The notes: generated by a model not told the origin, from the sequence alone. A DNA stretch of 64,000 nt from Eledone cirrhosa (GCA_964016885.1 OZ024746.1:1488001-1552000), one strand, 5' to 3'; shown: positions 1 to 12,970, counted from the first letter of the stretch. Numbers and translations are program-made.

Positions 1-96
1 CGGGGTTGTCTAAAGAAAATTGTCGCAGGGATAGATTAGCAAAATTTAATAAGCAGGGGTCTGGGGGGGGGGGGCATCATTTAAGACCTAAGAGTA
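1..96 (+). mobile_element. 3' end of TA-flanked MITE (family of 6362-6728 and 27427-27789)
   Basis: Shares gtctaaagaaaattgtcgcagg...tagattagcaaaatttaataag with the other copies and ends in the TIR-like acctaagagta. Confidence 0.65.
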
Positions 97-154
97 ACAA
101 AATAAATTTATCTGTTCACTGTAGCTGTCTTTATCTTCTATATAACTTATACAA

Positions 155-989
155 TTGTGCACCAGCGCCAGTTATTGTGCACCACCACCATCACCAGTTA
201 TTGTGCACCAGCGCCAGTTATTTGCACCATCACCAGTTATTGTGCACCTGCGCCAGTTATTGTGCACCACCACCATCGCCAGTTATTGTGCACCATCACC
301 AGTTATTGTGCACCAGCGCCAGTTATTGTGCACCACCACCAGCGCCAGTTATTGTGCACCACCACCATCACCAGTTATTGTGCACCAGCACCAGTCATTG
401 TGCACCACCACCATCGCCAGTTATTGTGCACCACCACCATCACCAGTTATTGTGCACCAGCACCAGTTATTGTGCACCACCACCATCACCAGTCATTGTG
501 CACCAGCACCATCGCCAGTTATTGTGCACCAGCACCAGTTATTGTGCACCACCACCATAGCCAGTTATTGTGCACCAGCACCAGTTATTGTGCACCACTA
601 CCAGTGCCAGTTATTGTGCAGCACCAGTTATTGTGCTGCACCAGTTATTGTGCACCACCACCATCGCCAGTTATTGTGCACCATCACCAGTTATTGTGCA
701 CCAGCGCCAGTTATTGTGCACTACCAGTGCCAGTTATTGTGCACCACCACCATCGCCAGTTATCGTGCACCAGCACCAGTTATTGTGCACCACCACCATC
801 ACCAGTTATTGTGCAGCACCAGTTATTGTGCACCACCACCATCGCCAGTTATTGTGCACCACCACCATCACCAGTTATTGTGCACCACTACCAGCGCCAG
901 CTATTGTGCACCACCACCAGTGCCAGTTATTGTGCACCACCAGCATCGCCAGTTATTGTGCACCACCACCATTGCCAGTTATTGTGCAC
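155..989. repeat. Minisatellite with core ccagttattgtgca and a variable (cca)n/cagcg/catcg extension
   Basis: Directly visible tandem units of variable length; explains the repetitive ORFs at 6-1065. Confidence 0.95.
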
Positions 990-1055
990 AATGTACATAA
1001 CTAAGGAATGTTTATCACTTTGGAGGATCTTTAAAATAATTATTATTACAAGGGA

Positions 1056-1300
1056 AGTGGATTGACAGAATCGGTAGAGCGTCGGATACCCTGCTTTGTG
1101 GTATTCTAGCTCTTTACATTCATCACCTTTGTCTAGTTCCACGCTGGCATGGGTTACAAGAGTTGTCCCATTGTGAGAAGCCAGATCAGATGACCTTATC
1201 TTGCTCATACAGAACTGTTTCTTGCTTGGTTTCTATGACTAGATGCCTGTCCTAATACTAACCACAGTGTTGACTGGGTGCTTTTTGTGACACCTACATG
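1056..1300. mobile_element. SINE-A head fragment (+) followed by SINE-B (-)
   Basis: gtggattgacagaatcggtagagcgtcgg matches SINE-A heads; catcatc...gcatgggtta...gaccttatcttgctcatacagaactg matches SINE-B copies. Confidence 0.7.
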
Positions 1301-1741
1301 ACCACCTTGAGATCAACTTTGCTTGCCTTTCGCTTTTGGGATATTTATTCATCTATTCAATTTAAATGTCTGTATAAAGCTAGTAAGCCATGACAGACTA
1401 GGGTAAGTATTGAGTACTCCTTACAGTTGGTAATCAAAAGGTGCTTGGGAGACAGATTATGGATGGAAGCTGTTTTACAGAGGCAAGTTTCTGTTGAATA
1501 TCTTCATATCTTCCATTGAGACTGGCATGTCAGGAGGAACCAGTATCTATAGCCTTGTCTGTAACACTAGAGATGACTGAGGGCGGGAGGGGTGATGACG
1601 TCGACAGGAAGGGAGGGGTGGTGATGTCGACTGAGGAAGGGAGGGGTGGTGACGTCGACTGAGGGAGGAAGGGGTGATGATAAACTACAGAAGCAGTGTT
1701 TAACATTCGCTACACTTGTGGGTTTGTAAATTTATAATATT

Positions 1742-1930
1742 TCATCACCGTTTTACGTCCGTTCTTCCACGCTAGCATGGGTTAGACGGGTTGTCCTATT
1801 GTGGGCAATGTTAGGTCGGGTGACCTTGTCTTGCTCTTACGGGAACTGATTCTGGCTTGATTTCTACAGCTGGATGCTTTTTTTCCGTGGCGCCTACACA
1901 ACCACTTTACAGTGGGAAAGAGTGGGGTCA
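1742..1930 (-). mobile_element. SINE-B (V-domain-like core, RTE-like 3' tail)
   Basis: Homologous to 20508-20730, 41815-42030, 55473-55800 and 32275-32485. Confidence 0.75.
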
Positions 1931-2499
1931 TATTGTCCATATGCATCAGCTTCAACTTGTACCCGTGGGAAGTCAGGTCGTGTGTATGTTTATTTAGAAA
2001 GATACATAGACAATGGAATTACAAACACATGCATTACACATATATATATATATATATATATAGACACACTTAGAAAAAATAATTATTACATACACACACA
2101 TCTATGTGATGACTGACGAAGGAGGCATGAGAAACTATAGAGGTCCAGCGTTCTAAGATTCGTCACAGCTGCGTGTTTGTATGTTTACATCACTTGTGCG
2201 AGAGCGTAAAGGAACCAACAAACAAATATCTCTTTTTTATATTATGTATAGATATTACAATTAACCGTAATTTTTGACAGCAGGGGGCCAGCTAGTCTAT
2301 ATAAAAGTCGAATTGCACGTGAGATGAATACGAAGGAAGGGGAATGGTGAAAATTCTACTGCGAGAAAAATAAACAGCATTTCAAGTTTTGCGCAAGGCT
2401 GTGTGTGTAAAAGGGAGGAAGGGGGCTGGTGTAAAAAAACTATGCAGTCTGAATGTCTCCAAAGTGAACTGGATATGTCTAGTGAGGAAATAATTCTAT

Positions 2500-3230
2500 T
2501 AAAGGACAGTATGGCACTGGGAACATAGAATGGTAAAATACGGCACTTCAAAGATAGGGTGGCACTGCGGTGCTAGGGGGTCACACTATGACATTGGGAA
2601 GCTTCAGTGACAGTATGGAAATAAGGAGCTAGGGTGACACCCTATGGCAATGGGGAGATTATGTGGGAAAAATATGGCACTTTGAAGCTAGGGTGGAGAA
2701 GTGATAACGACACTTCGGGAGTTAGTGGGGAGCTGCAGTAACACAGTATGGTAATATGGAAGTGGTGCGTCCCCACTGTGGCAATGGAGAGATAGTATGA
2801 GAAAATATGGCATTTTGAATTTAGTGTGCCGTAGTATGGCACTGCGGAGCTAGAGTGGCACACTATGGAACTGGATGGCGAGGGTAAAGCAGCATGGCAT
2901 TGGGAAGATAGGATGACAAAATACGGCACTTCGAAGCTAAGGGGCCGCAGTATGGCTCTGCGGAGCTAAGGTGTCACACTATGGCACTGGGAAACTTCAG
3001 TGACACAATATGGAACTAGGATGGCGCAGTGTGGTAATGGGGTGATAGGGTTACAAAATACGGCACTTAGGAGCTTGATTGACGGTATGGCAATATAGAG
3101 ATAGGGTGGAAAATATGGCACACTGTGGGACTGGGTGGTTAGGGTGAGACAGTATGTCACTGGAGAGATAGTGTGGAAATATGGCACTTCAGAGCTAGGG
3201 TGCCGCAGTATGGCACGCTATGGAACTTCG
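2500..3230. repeat. Degenerate GC-richer tandem region with recurring tatggcact motif
   Basis: Many diverged units such as aaaatatggcacttcagagctagggtg and agtatggcactgcggagctag. Confidence 0.7.
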
Positions 3231-3450
3231 GTTTTGAGTGACACAAAAACAAGATGGTGTAGAACAACAAAATAAGAAATCAGGAAATAGCTTTGACAAT
3301 AAATAACTATCCCGTTATTGAGCCAACCGAATATTTGAAATAAATTGAAGTGGATAACCAAGAGGTGTGTGTTTTATATTGGCAGCATAACCCTCCTAAA
3401 GTATAACTATATATATATATACACAAATAAAATGTAGAGCTATACACTCA

Positions 3451-3630
3451 TAATAATTGTTTCTACTTTAGGCACAAGGCCAGCAAATAATCAGTACATT
3501 ACTGGTACTTTATTTTATCGACCCCATAAGGATGAAAGACAAAGTTAACCTCGGCGGGATTTGAACTCAGACTGTAAAGGGACGTAACTATGCTAGAAAG
3601 CATGGTGTCCAACCCTCTACCGATACTGAC
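3451..3630 (-). mobile_element. SINE-A (tRNA-derived, Meta-domain-like core)
   Basis: Reverse strand has a B-box (gagttcaaatcc), core gaggttaactttgtctttcatccttatggggtcgataaaataaagtaccag and an (att)n tail. Confidence 0.85.
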
Positions 3631-5037
3631 CCTGCAATAATTGAGCTCAAAGTAAAAATACTGAACATTTTATAATATATATATTGTATTTTCCGTTTGA
3701 TTCAGAGTTTATCGTCAAACCAACGTGGTCTTACTACCTTTGTAATTCTAAACACAATTTACTGCGTTTATTCCTTTATATATATATATATATATATATT
3801 TATCCTGAAGGGCTTATGCCCGAAACGCCCCCGCCCGATCCCCACTCTCAAGAGCGTGAACCTAGTAAACCTTTATTTGTCTGCCAAATTCGCACTGCAC
3901 TATATATATATATATATATATGCATTTTGCTGTTTTAACAGCTTCCTTGCGCTGAGTTTCCCCATTTTCCTACGAATTCTACTAAACTCGCGTCTCAAAC
4001 TCGATGTTTATATAATACTAGGGGAAAGGGAGCAATGGAAAACACTGAGCTCCCAAGAAAACCCTCATCATCCGGTGAGGTAGCTACGACGAGGGGAGTG
4101 AAGGCCACCTCGAAAAAAGGATTAATATTCGGTGAGTCTGAGAAAAGTACGGAATTGGTGACTGGTGCGAATAAGACGACCAACACTGCAATATGTGTAA
4201 ACAATAAAGGCATTCCTACCACATAGTCTTTCATACGGGATAGAAAGGGACACATTAAGTAAGGAAATCTGTTCGAAATATATATTGCAGTCTCCATCTG
4301 TAAGAAATGGCGATGGGCCTACGACTTGTCCTGGGAGACATGGAAGCACAAATGTTATGTATACTGAGAACTCGGAGATGGTCTGGAAAAGTAATTGGTA
4401 ATTGTTCCTAATGTCATCGATCGCTAGCATTTTAATCCGGCACTAATCCATAATAAAATTTCGCCGGAGGTAGATTGGTAAAATTTAACAAGTGGCGGGA
4501 CATTATTCGAGGCCTGAGAGTTCAGTCAATCCAACAGGCTTCCAGTTTCCGTCTATCGCATTTCACTGACAAGGCATGGGTCGGCCCTATACAGTGTGAT
4601 GGAAGTCGGGTCCTAATGATTCCACACGTGTTCCATAAGCCAACAAAGGAACTTTTATGTTGTCGCTCGATCTACTAGAAATAGTAGCTACATCTTCCTC
4701 AAATCTAACATTTGAACAGTGCCAGATTAGGTTAGTGCGGAGCCTGTGATATATGGTGCCGTGGTTTTTTTTTCAAATATGGCATATCCGTCCCTTTTTA
4801 TAAACTTGTATGTTACATACATGACTCAATATTTCTTTTATATTCTCCGAAACTTTGTGTCCGATTAACCTAATAGCAAGAGTAACATTTGCTATGGGCC
4901 CTGCAGTTTTAGGGGTTTCGCATATAATGCTATACTGCCTTTAACTTTTATGCCACGGAAAAATTCAAAATCAAAATATAAACCTGAGACAAATACCGCA
5001 AGTTCACTACCTTAGATCATTAATTACAAATTCAGTC

Positions 5038-5190
5038 CATGCTTTCCAGCATAGTTACGTCCCTTTACGATCTGAGTTCAAATCCCGCCGAGGTTGACTT
5101 TGCCTTTCATCCTTACGGGGTCGATAAAATAAAGTACCAGTAATGCACTGGGTAATTACTGGCCTTGTGCCAAAAGTAGAAACAATTAAT
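5038..5190 (+). mobile_element. SINE-A, 5' truncated
   Basis: gagttcaaatcccgccgaggttgactttgcctttcatccttacggggtcgataaaataaagtaccag. Confidence 0.85.
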
Positions 5191-5244
5191 TACAAATACA
5201 GTCCATCAGGCAGGCCCAATATGGTAAATGACGCTGGCAAAATA

Positions 5245-5312
5245 TGCCACGCAATGGGATCGAACCTGTGACCTAATGATTGTGAAGCAAACGTCTAAAC
5301 CATTTCACCATT
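5245..5312 (-). mobile_element. tRNA-derived SINE head
   Basis: Reverse strand reads tggtgaaatggtttagacg...ggttcgatccc, giving A- and B-boxes. Confidence 0.55.
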
Positions 5313-5519
5313 AATGTCCAATCAACTGTACACTGGAAATATAAGACACATAGTTAACAGAAATAAATATTGAATAGTTTATTATAGTAATGTACAACGT
5401 AGACCTGCTGAACCAGCCGTCATCCAGAGCAAGTTTCATACGATCAAGGAATTTCTTAATTTAAAATATGTGTCATATTGTGTTGCATAATGCAGTTAAA
5501 AGTAAATATATATTTCATG

Positions 5520-5815
5520 AGCCGCGGCGAATTGACAAAGTCGTTAGAACGTCGGATAGAAAGCTTTGTGGTATTCGTTCATACTCTGTGTTTATATCCC
5601 GCCGAGGTAAACTTTAACTGCCATCCATTCGAGGTACCAGTTTAGGTCTATTCTTCCTCTATATCTCTTTCTCACTCTCCCTATCCTTCTCTGCAAGAAA
5701 TCTGCTGTATTCAAACCTGGAGAGGTAGATGAGCTCCACCAGGCTTTACAATGCCCTAGAAACATTATGTCAGCACGGCGCCCCTACAACTGCCTCGGGA
5801 GTTATGGGACCATAC
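5520..5815 (+). mobile_element. SINE-A variant with extended 3' tail
   Basis: SINE-A head and core, then a tail (cctggaga...gccctagaaaca...gagttatgggacca) also seen at 18510-18640, 25780-25915 and 49985-50425. Confidence 0.65.
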
Positions 5816-6361
5816 CAAATGAAATATATATTTGAAGTTTTCCTTGTGAATTTTTTGGACATCCTTCCGAAGAAGGATATGAATGACTAGTTTAATATAT
5901 AAACTGGTGCTTATTTTACCGTCTTCCTGAAATGGACGAACTGTCTACTCTAGCGGTATTTAATTACCGTAGATATAGAGGGGGCGAGACTAAATTGGTT
6001 TATGGCATTCAACCCGCCACCCTATCGTAATAAATGGGTTTTTTTTAGTGGTACAGAACCGCAAACTTCTAGGTGAAGGTTAACAGTCGAGTTAATAGGT
6101 CAACCGTAATAAAATATTTAGTATTTAATTTATTCATCCCGGACTGGGATAAAAAGCAAACTCGACCTGATTAAGATATATTTTTATCTTCATGGTATAG
6201 AGCAGGCATGATATGTGTAACCTTTAGACGCATGAGATATGTATGGCTCATCATAAGGCAAGACATACTAATAAAAACTAAAAAATTCATGGTAATTTTG
6301 AAATTAGGCATAGCATTCAGATAGCAAAAACAGATCGTAGTTTGTCATGACTGGTATAGAG

Positions 6362-6728
6362 TACTGTCGGGTCCCAAATAACAAGGGAGTGGAATAAGTG
6401 TATGTGTGTGAGGGGGGGGGGGGGGGGGTCGGTAATTTTTCTAGGGTGTCTCCGTCGATTTTTTTAAAAACCAGAATTAGTCGTTTAATTTACATATTGA
6501 GACCCCGACCCATCCTATTTATTTTATAATATATGGGATTTCTAGTAATGTACTTTTTTCGTCATATATGTTTTTAATGTCTAAAGAAGATTAATTGTCG
6601 CAGGAAAGCTACCACTTAAAATAACATTTCACCAGAGATAGATTAATAAAATTTAATAAGTGGAGGGAGTGCTTGGAAAATCTGACAAATTAGTAAGCGA
6701 GGTAACGATTATTGGAAACCCGAAAGTA
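6362..6728 (+). mobile_element. TA-flanked MITE (Tc1/mariner-type non-autonomous)
   Basis: Imperfect TIRs tactgtcgggtcccaaataa / ttattggaaacccgaaagta; internal sequence shared with 27427-27789 and 54714-55040. Confidence 0.75.
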
Positions 6729-7002
6729 GTTAGTAGTATGTAAAACATGACAATCTAATATAATTGTGATCCTTTCTGTCTTCCGTAGATAAAGTTGCCT
6801 GCTGTTTAGTTTATACAATGTTCTGTGATAACTGAGCCGCCGGTAATTTAGTACTTCTCTCTCTTTCCATCGTTTTACACACATAACTATCACTAAACTA
6901 GTTCATACGAGCTACCCCTTGGATTTCACTGCCAAAAGTTACAAAAAGAAGAAATTGTACTGCATAACACAATCCATTACTTCTTAAAAGGCTATACATA
7001 AT

Positions 7003-7037
<35 letters not shown>

Positions 7038-7162
7038 ATACACACACACACATATATATATATATATAATACACACACACACATATATATATAATACACA
7101 CACATATATATATGTCCACCTCGAGTCTTCCTTTATACTGTGTCTGCTATTGAAACATTACT

Positions 7163-7213
7163 TCTTGTCTGATGACCCCTGTGATAAACAGATGAAACTC
7201 CAAAGTATCAAGA
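7163..7213 (+). ncRNA. Hammerhead-ribozyme-like motif (type I, degenerate)
   Basis: tcttg-t-CTGATGA-cc(c)ctgt/acag-at-GAAAC-tccaaa-GTA-t-caaga; tcttg pairs with caaga. Confidence 0.45.
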
Positions 7214-7599
7214 CTCACTATAATAATATATATATATATAAAGGGTGTTTGTGTCTGCCAGCAAACATAAAGTCCTAGTAAAGTTTGTGATTCTAATCTA
7301 GTCGTAAATCTCACTGCTCAAAGAATCATGACATAGACGCCTCATTTGATGGTTGCTTTCTTATCTTTCACTCAAACTGGATTATTTCACTTTATTTTAT
7401 CATATTCTCAACTGAAAAGAGAAGTCTTTTACCAGTTCAGTTTTTAATTATTTGTTTTACTACCATCACGGCTTTCTTCTCTTGAGTAACCACTTGGATT
7501 CTATATATTATCAGAATGGGTTAGACTGACAGTTTGTTACCAGGAACCCTTTTTTGCTTTACTTCATTTCATATTTTGGAATTACACGAATGTTACAAG

Positions 7600-7780
7600 A
7601 TATACCAGTTCCTTTATTACAAGAAATGCCAGTTTCTTTATTATAAGATATTACTAGACCCTTATTGCAAGATTTACCAGTTCCCCATTACAAAATATTA
7701 CCAGTTCCTTATCACAAGATAATACCAACCCCTTATTTTCAAGATATACCAGTTTCCTTATTACAGGATATTACCAATAA
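7600..7780. repeat. Degenerate ~23-bp tandem repeat (ataccagttccttattacaag)
   Basis: About 7 visible diverged units. Confidence 0.75.
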
Positions 7781-8218
7781 CCTATTTATATATATCTGGG
7801 GGTTATGTGCTCAGTGAAGAAAGAAACATTCCCACCCACAAACACAGACCTCTCACGCCCAACATAATTCTATTATTGTTCTGAAGATAATTTTAGTCTT
7901 CATAACATATGTAAATCATTAATATTTCTATTATTATATAAAGTGTAGAAGGCGGAAAATATGACATATTTTGAGTAAAAGAAAAACCGAAAGAAGCAAA
8001 GAAAAGAAAAATAGTATGGAAGGAATTTTAAACGGCGGTAGATAAATACATATCACACACATATATTTGTGTGTATATATTTATAAATGTATATTGAATA
8101 GCTAAACTAGAGGACAATTTAAATGGATTGAGACGACACTTGGAACATTGGAATAAGACAAGAAGGAAAAGAAATGTGAATATTTAAAGAAAATTTCTAA
8201 AGCTGTTAAACAGAGCTG

Positions 8219-8260
<42 letters not shown>

Positions 8261-9383
8261 GAAGTGTCGGCTTTATTGCTGCCTTTCTGCAGATTTTCTT
8301 TAGTAAACACTGTCAGACTGTTATTTCTAAGTTTGAAATTACAAACCGAAAAATATCGTCATTATTGTTATATGAATATAATATAATGCTTACGGAATGA
8401 AAATATAGGCACATAATATATACAATACTTAATGAATATATAAACACAAATAATATATACATTTAATTATTGCTATGAACCTTATAAATATGTAATCAGA
8501 GCGAGAAGCCCCCCCCCCCCACATCAATTCACTACAAAGTGCGTGAATGGGTCACATATAAGGATCTACTTTACCACCCAGTGGGTCACACACCATAGGG
8601 GGGTCGACTTTACCACTCAGTGCCTGAATCGGTCACACACTATAAGGGACAACAGAAGAGATAGAGAAAGATAGATTAAAAAAAGGGAGACTGAAACAGT
8701 ATCGGCTGTACCAAAAAAAGAAGTGTCGGCTTTATTTTTTATCTTTCGACATATTCTCTTTTGTAAACACACACTGTCAGTCTGTGACAGAGACAGAGTA
8801 AGATAGACAGATATAGATAGATAGACAGATATAGATAGACACAAAATGAGACCGAACCAGGATCGGACACTACAAATGCAGCGACACTGAAATACTACAT
8901 TAGTTAATATAGAATTATCTTCATTATCATGTCATTAACATTACTGTTGTCATTGTAAACGTTAAAAGAGAATTAAACGATAACGATGATAATGATGTTG
9001 ACGATAAATTTGGGAAGGTAAACTATAATAGAGGAAATCTTCATATGGGTTCCTCTTTGCTAGAGTTAATGGCATTGTAGTAGCTTCCGCAGACACGTGT
9101 TATAGACATACATACACACACATATATATATATATACACACATTTATGTGTCTGTGTGTATATATTATATATACACGCATTTATATAATGTATATACACA
9201 CATCTACTTTGTTCTTGCATTTATATGAATATTATATAAACAATGAGGATAGCACACACAACACTACCAGTTGGTCTGTGTGTTAACGATATTATGTTAT
9301 AATAATATATAAACTGTATTGAAAAGGAAATTTAACATTTCATTTGTGATATATATTTACAAACAAATACCCGAGGAAGGATT

Positions 9384-9434
9384 ATGGCAGCAGAGAGCAA
9401 CAGAACACCCGTCACAATTAGTGAATTGGTACAG
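9384..9434 (+). CDS. Candidate coding exon 1 of an Nnf1/PMF1-like gene (MAAESNRTPVTISELVQ)
   Basis: attATGG start context and CAG|gtaaga donor; phase 0, matching the exon at 29719. Confidence 0.45.
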
Positions 9435-9469
9435 GTAAGAGCTGCGTTATAATGTTTATTTCTGATTTC

Positions 9470-9673
9470 AGGCCAACAGTTTGAGGGGAGGGGGTGTCAA
9501 ATCGACCCTAGTTCATTACAGGTACTTTATTTTGTCAACCCCGCAAGGATGAAAGGCAAAGCTAACCTTGGTGTTTTGTCTTTCATCCTTGCGGGCGTCA
9601 ACAAAATAAAGTACCTGTAGTGAACTAGGATCGATTTAATTGACCCCCCCCCTCCCTTAAAATTGTTGGCCTT
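9470..9673. repeat. Inverted pair of SINE-A 3' halves (fold-back)
   Basis: Arms of ~95-100 bp with a ~14-bp spacer; they share private variants (ctagttca, acaggtac, gcaaggat). Confidence 0.85.
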
Positions 9674-9911
9674 GTGTCTATAGTAGAACTTGTTGTAACA
9701 GACAGCATGGATATCTCAATCAATGCTGTCTCTCTTAATCCAGTCCCCCTCACATCACTTGTCCCCCACCCCATACATAAAATAACAATTATCTGTGTAT
9801 CTCTGTCTTTGACATAATGTATGGTACAGGTTATATTTGTTGTTGGAACAGACAGCACATTTCTATCAATGCTCTCTCTTAATCCAGACCCTCGCCTCAT
9901 CATATGTATAA

Positions 9912-10352
9912 TATGGTGTGGTGTAGTGTAGTGTGGTGTGGTGTGTGGTATAGTGTAGTGTGGTGCAGTGTGGTATGGTATGGTGTAGTGTGGTGTGGTG
10001 TAGTGTGATGTGGTGTAGTGTGATGTGGTGTAGTGTGATGTGGTGTGATGTGATGTAGTGTGGTGATGTGTGGTGTGGTGTGGTGTGATGTAGTGAGGTG
10101 TAGTATGGTGTGGTGTGGTGTAGTGTGGTGTGTGGTATAGTATAGTGTGGTGCAGTGTGGTATGGTGTAGTGTTGTGTGGTGTGAAGTAGTGAGGTGTAG
10201 TATGGTGTGGTGTGGTGTAGTATGGTGTGGTGTAGTGTAGTGTGGTATAGTATAGTATGGTGTGGTGTAGTGTAGTGTGGTATAGTATAGTATGGTGTGA
10301 TGTAGTGTGGTGTGGTATGGTGTTGTGTGATGTGATGTAGTGTTGTGTGGTG
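9912..10352. repeat. Pentanucleotide microsatellite (GTGTG/GTAGT/GTATG)n
   Basis: Directly visible. Confidence 0.95.
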
Positions 10353-10427
10353 TAATGTTTTCTTTCATAATTCTCCATTTATCAGTCGTCCATTTAATTG
10401 TAGAGGTTTCGTAGCTTTTGTTTCATA

Positions 10428-10610
10428 CACGAGGGTCGGCTGAAAAGTTTATAGGCTGACCATGATACCCTCATGGAATTACCAAATGAGGTCTATTTTT
10501 CAATGTAGTCCCTAGAAAGAAACAACAAAGAGTTGGAATTAATGCATACAAGAATTCACAGCTCTAGCATCACTCCATCATATTCTGGCTATGTTCAGCC
10601 GACCCTCATA
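10428..10610. mobile_element. Mariner-type MITE
   Basis: TIRs gagggtcggctgaa / ttcagccgaccctc-ata; a partial related copy lies at ~54530-54620. Confidence 0.75.
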
Positions 10611-11297
10611 TGATGGGAGGGGGACGGTAGACTTTTGTCTCATCAACAAGCGAAGTATCAGTAATATATTGATGTTGATTCAATTGACTGGCCCTCCCTC
10701 ACTCTCCTTCAAGAAAAAAAAAGAACTGGTCTCGTCTGAAATGGCTAAACACAAATGTAGAATGTGGTTGCTAGAAATAGCAGACTAACCACCCTCTTTT
10801 ACACAAGGAAATGATAAATTAGATAATGTAGTCAGACATACTTCTAAAAGGACAATGCTTTTAACCATAGGTCTTGTTGATGTAGGGGTTGGCCTAGGGT
10901 TAAACAACCGTCACATATACACGTGTGTGATCGAGAAGAGGTTCACGTGTGTGTATATATCTATAATCGTACCAAATCGATTTTCAGCAAATATTGCTGA
11001 GTTTGCGCATCTGAATGTGAACACCTGCAGCAGTTGGGGGAATTAACCCTACCACGGACTGGCATCCTGTCCAAGCGGGTTTTTTAAAACTAACCTAGAT
11101 AAGCTCCAGGGTCCCCTTCCACTCTCTCTGCTCAGGAAATATTTTAACATTAACTACTGTCTTATCAAACTTACTAATCGTCGACATCAACAGAGTCACT
11201 AATGCTTATGTTGTGTAAAACAATAATTATTGTTGCATTAACGGGTGGATGAGTAGTAAGGGTGTCAGTCGTGTACATTAGACGGTGTGTACATGTG

Positions 11298-11330
<33 letters not shown>

Positions 11331-11644
11331 CAGTGGTGTACATTAGACGGTGTGTACCCCCCCCCCCGTGTAATATAGCAAAACTTCAGTTTTTTTAATC
11401 ATCGAAAACCTAGCATCAAACATACAGGACACGTGTGTTTATAAGTGTGTATGTGTGAGTGTGTGTATGTGTTTATAAGTGTGTATGTGTGAGTGTGTGT
11501 GTGTGTGTATGTGTTTATAAGTGTGTGAGTGTATATATGTTTATAAGTGTTCAAGTTTAGATATAAAACATAGGTGAGGTGCGAAGTTCATTAGTTTTTA
11601 GTTTGTCTTTGTATTTTCCTATATCTGAATAACACATTTGTTAT

Positions 11645-12095
11645 GTATGGCGGGCGAGCTTTGTAAAGGTAAGAGACCTCCTCACAAGCCAAAACTCCGA
11701 TTCAAAGATTGTGTAAAGGACTCATTGAAAAATACTGGTTTGATGATGACTGACTGTAAGATAGAATGATAGAGAAACTTGGCGTGGAATGGTGAATGAT
11801 GGGGTCCATAATTTTGAGGACAGACGCATAGAGCACGAGAAGATCAAACGGAATGCGTGTATCTCTCGAAACGATCGGTGTCTCTATTGAATTGGTGTGC
11901 CCTGAGAGGGGACAGATTTGCTTGAGCAAATCTGGTCTCAGGAGCCACAGTCACAGCCATTTTAAGAGAGAACCAGTGAACTATGATCTCCACGGTATTG
12001 AGAAGGTTCTCAGGAAACATGATGCAAGACCTGAGGCCAGTGAGATCCACAGTTGTCATCAATGTGCGAAGGAGTGCAAGTCTCTCGTCAATTAA
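11645..12095 (+). mobile_element. RTE-clade LINE 3' relic (frameshifted)
   Basis: Encodes GELCKGKRPPHKPKLRFKDCVKDSLK, DRETWRGMVNDGVHNFEDRR and the Zn-finger-like CPERGQICLSKSGLRSHSHSH and CHQCAKECKS, typical of an RTE C-terminus. Confidence 0.8.
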
Positions 12096-12196
12096 AAATA
12101 AAAAGGGGATCCTTTTCAATTAATCCCCTTCTTGAACTTCCCTAATTGCCGTAAAGGCTTGGTAAATGATGTAGGACAGTACAAAGGAGCGACACA

Positions 12197-12563
12197 AAAA
12201 TAGAAACCTAGTCACTGAGGAGGTTACGGAATGTTTGGCAAAAGGGCTTTCACAATATATAAACAACCAACCGGTTATTGAACCAATCAACCAACCGGAA
12301 GTTCATAATAAAGCGAAGTGAAAACCAACAGGTGCGTGAGTTCTTATTGGCAGCATGACCCTCCCATGTGTTGAAACAGATATTGTTATACTTTGGGAGG
12401 GTCATGCTGCCAATAAGAACTCACGCACCTGTTGGTTTTCACTTCGCTTTATTATGAACTTCCGGTTGGTTGATTGGTTCAATAACCGGTTGGTTGTTTA
12501 TATATTGTGAAAGCCCTTTTGCCAAACATTCCGTAACCTCCTCAGTGACTAGGTTTCTATTTT
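12197..12563. repeat. Perfect inverted repeat: 170-bp arms, 27-bp spacer
   Basis: 12197-12366 is the reverse complement of 12394-12563; a diverged homolog lies at ~3310-3410. Confidence 0.95.
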
Positions 12564-12565
12564 AA

Positions 12566-12610
<45 letters not shown>

Positions 12611-12621
12611 TATAGATATAG

Positions 12622-12886
12622 TGAAGGCGTGTGGCTGAGTGGTTAGAGAATTGGATTCGCAATCGTAAGGTTGTGAGTTCGATTCCTTCTACCTGGAGTT
12701 GCGACCGATAGATAGTATTTGACGAAAGTCGATCGTCTTATTTCTTATATATATTTGACTTTGCCTTTCATCCTTACGGGATCGATAAAATACCAGTAAT
12801 GTGTATATATATTATCGTGTTAGACACATTTACCCAGTGCATTACTGGGTAATTGCTGGCCTTGTGCCTAACGTAGAAACAATTAT
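12622..12886 (+). mobile_element. tRNA-like SINE head plus SINE-A core/tail fragments
   Basis: A-box tggctgagtgg and B-box gagttcgattcc; later gactttgcctttcatccttacgggatcgataaaa and the tail. Confidence 0.75.
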
Positions 12887-12970
12887 TTAATAGGACTGTT
12901 ATATATATAGTGTGTGCATACAAAACCATTCTCCACCTATCCTGTCCTTATCCATCTACATATGTGTCTA

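Noticed and set aside
6-1065. His/Cys-rich protein ORFs
   Set aside because: They are minisatellite translations in all three frames.
2105-2167. Hammerhead-like CTGACGA...GAAAC with an 8-bp flanking stem
   Set aside because: There is no stem II and no UH at the cleavage position; it is at best a decayed remnant.
12622-12690. tRNA gene
   Set aside because: It has A/B boxes but no closed acceptor stem; diverged copies at 37192 and 20830 indicate a SINE head.
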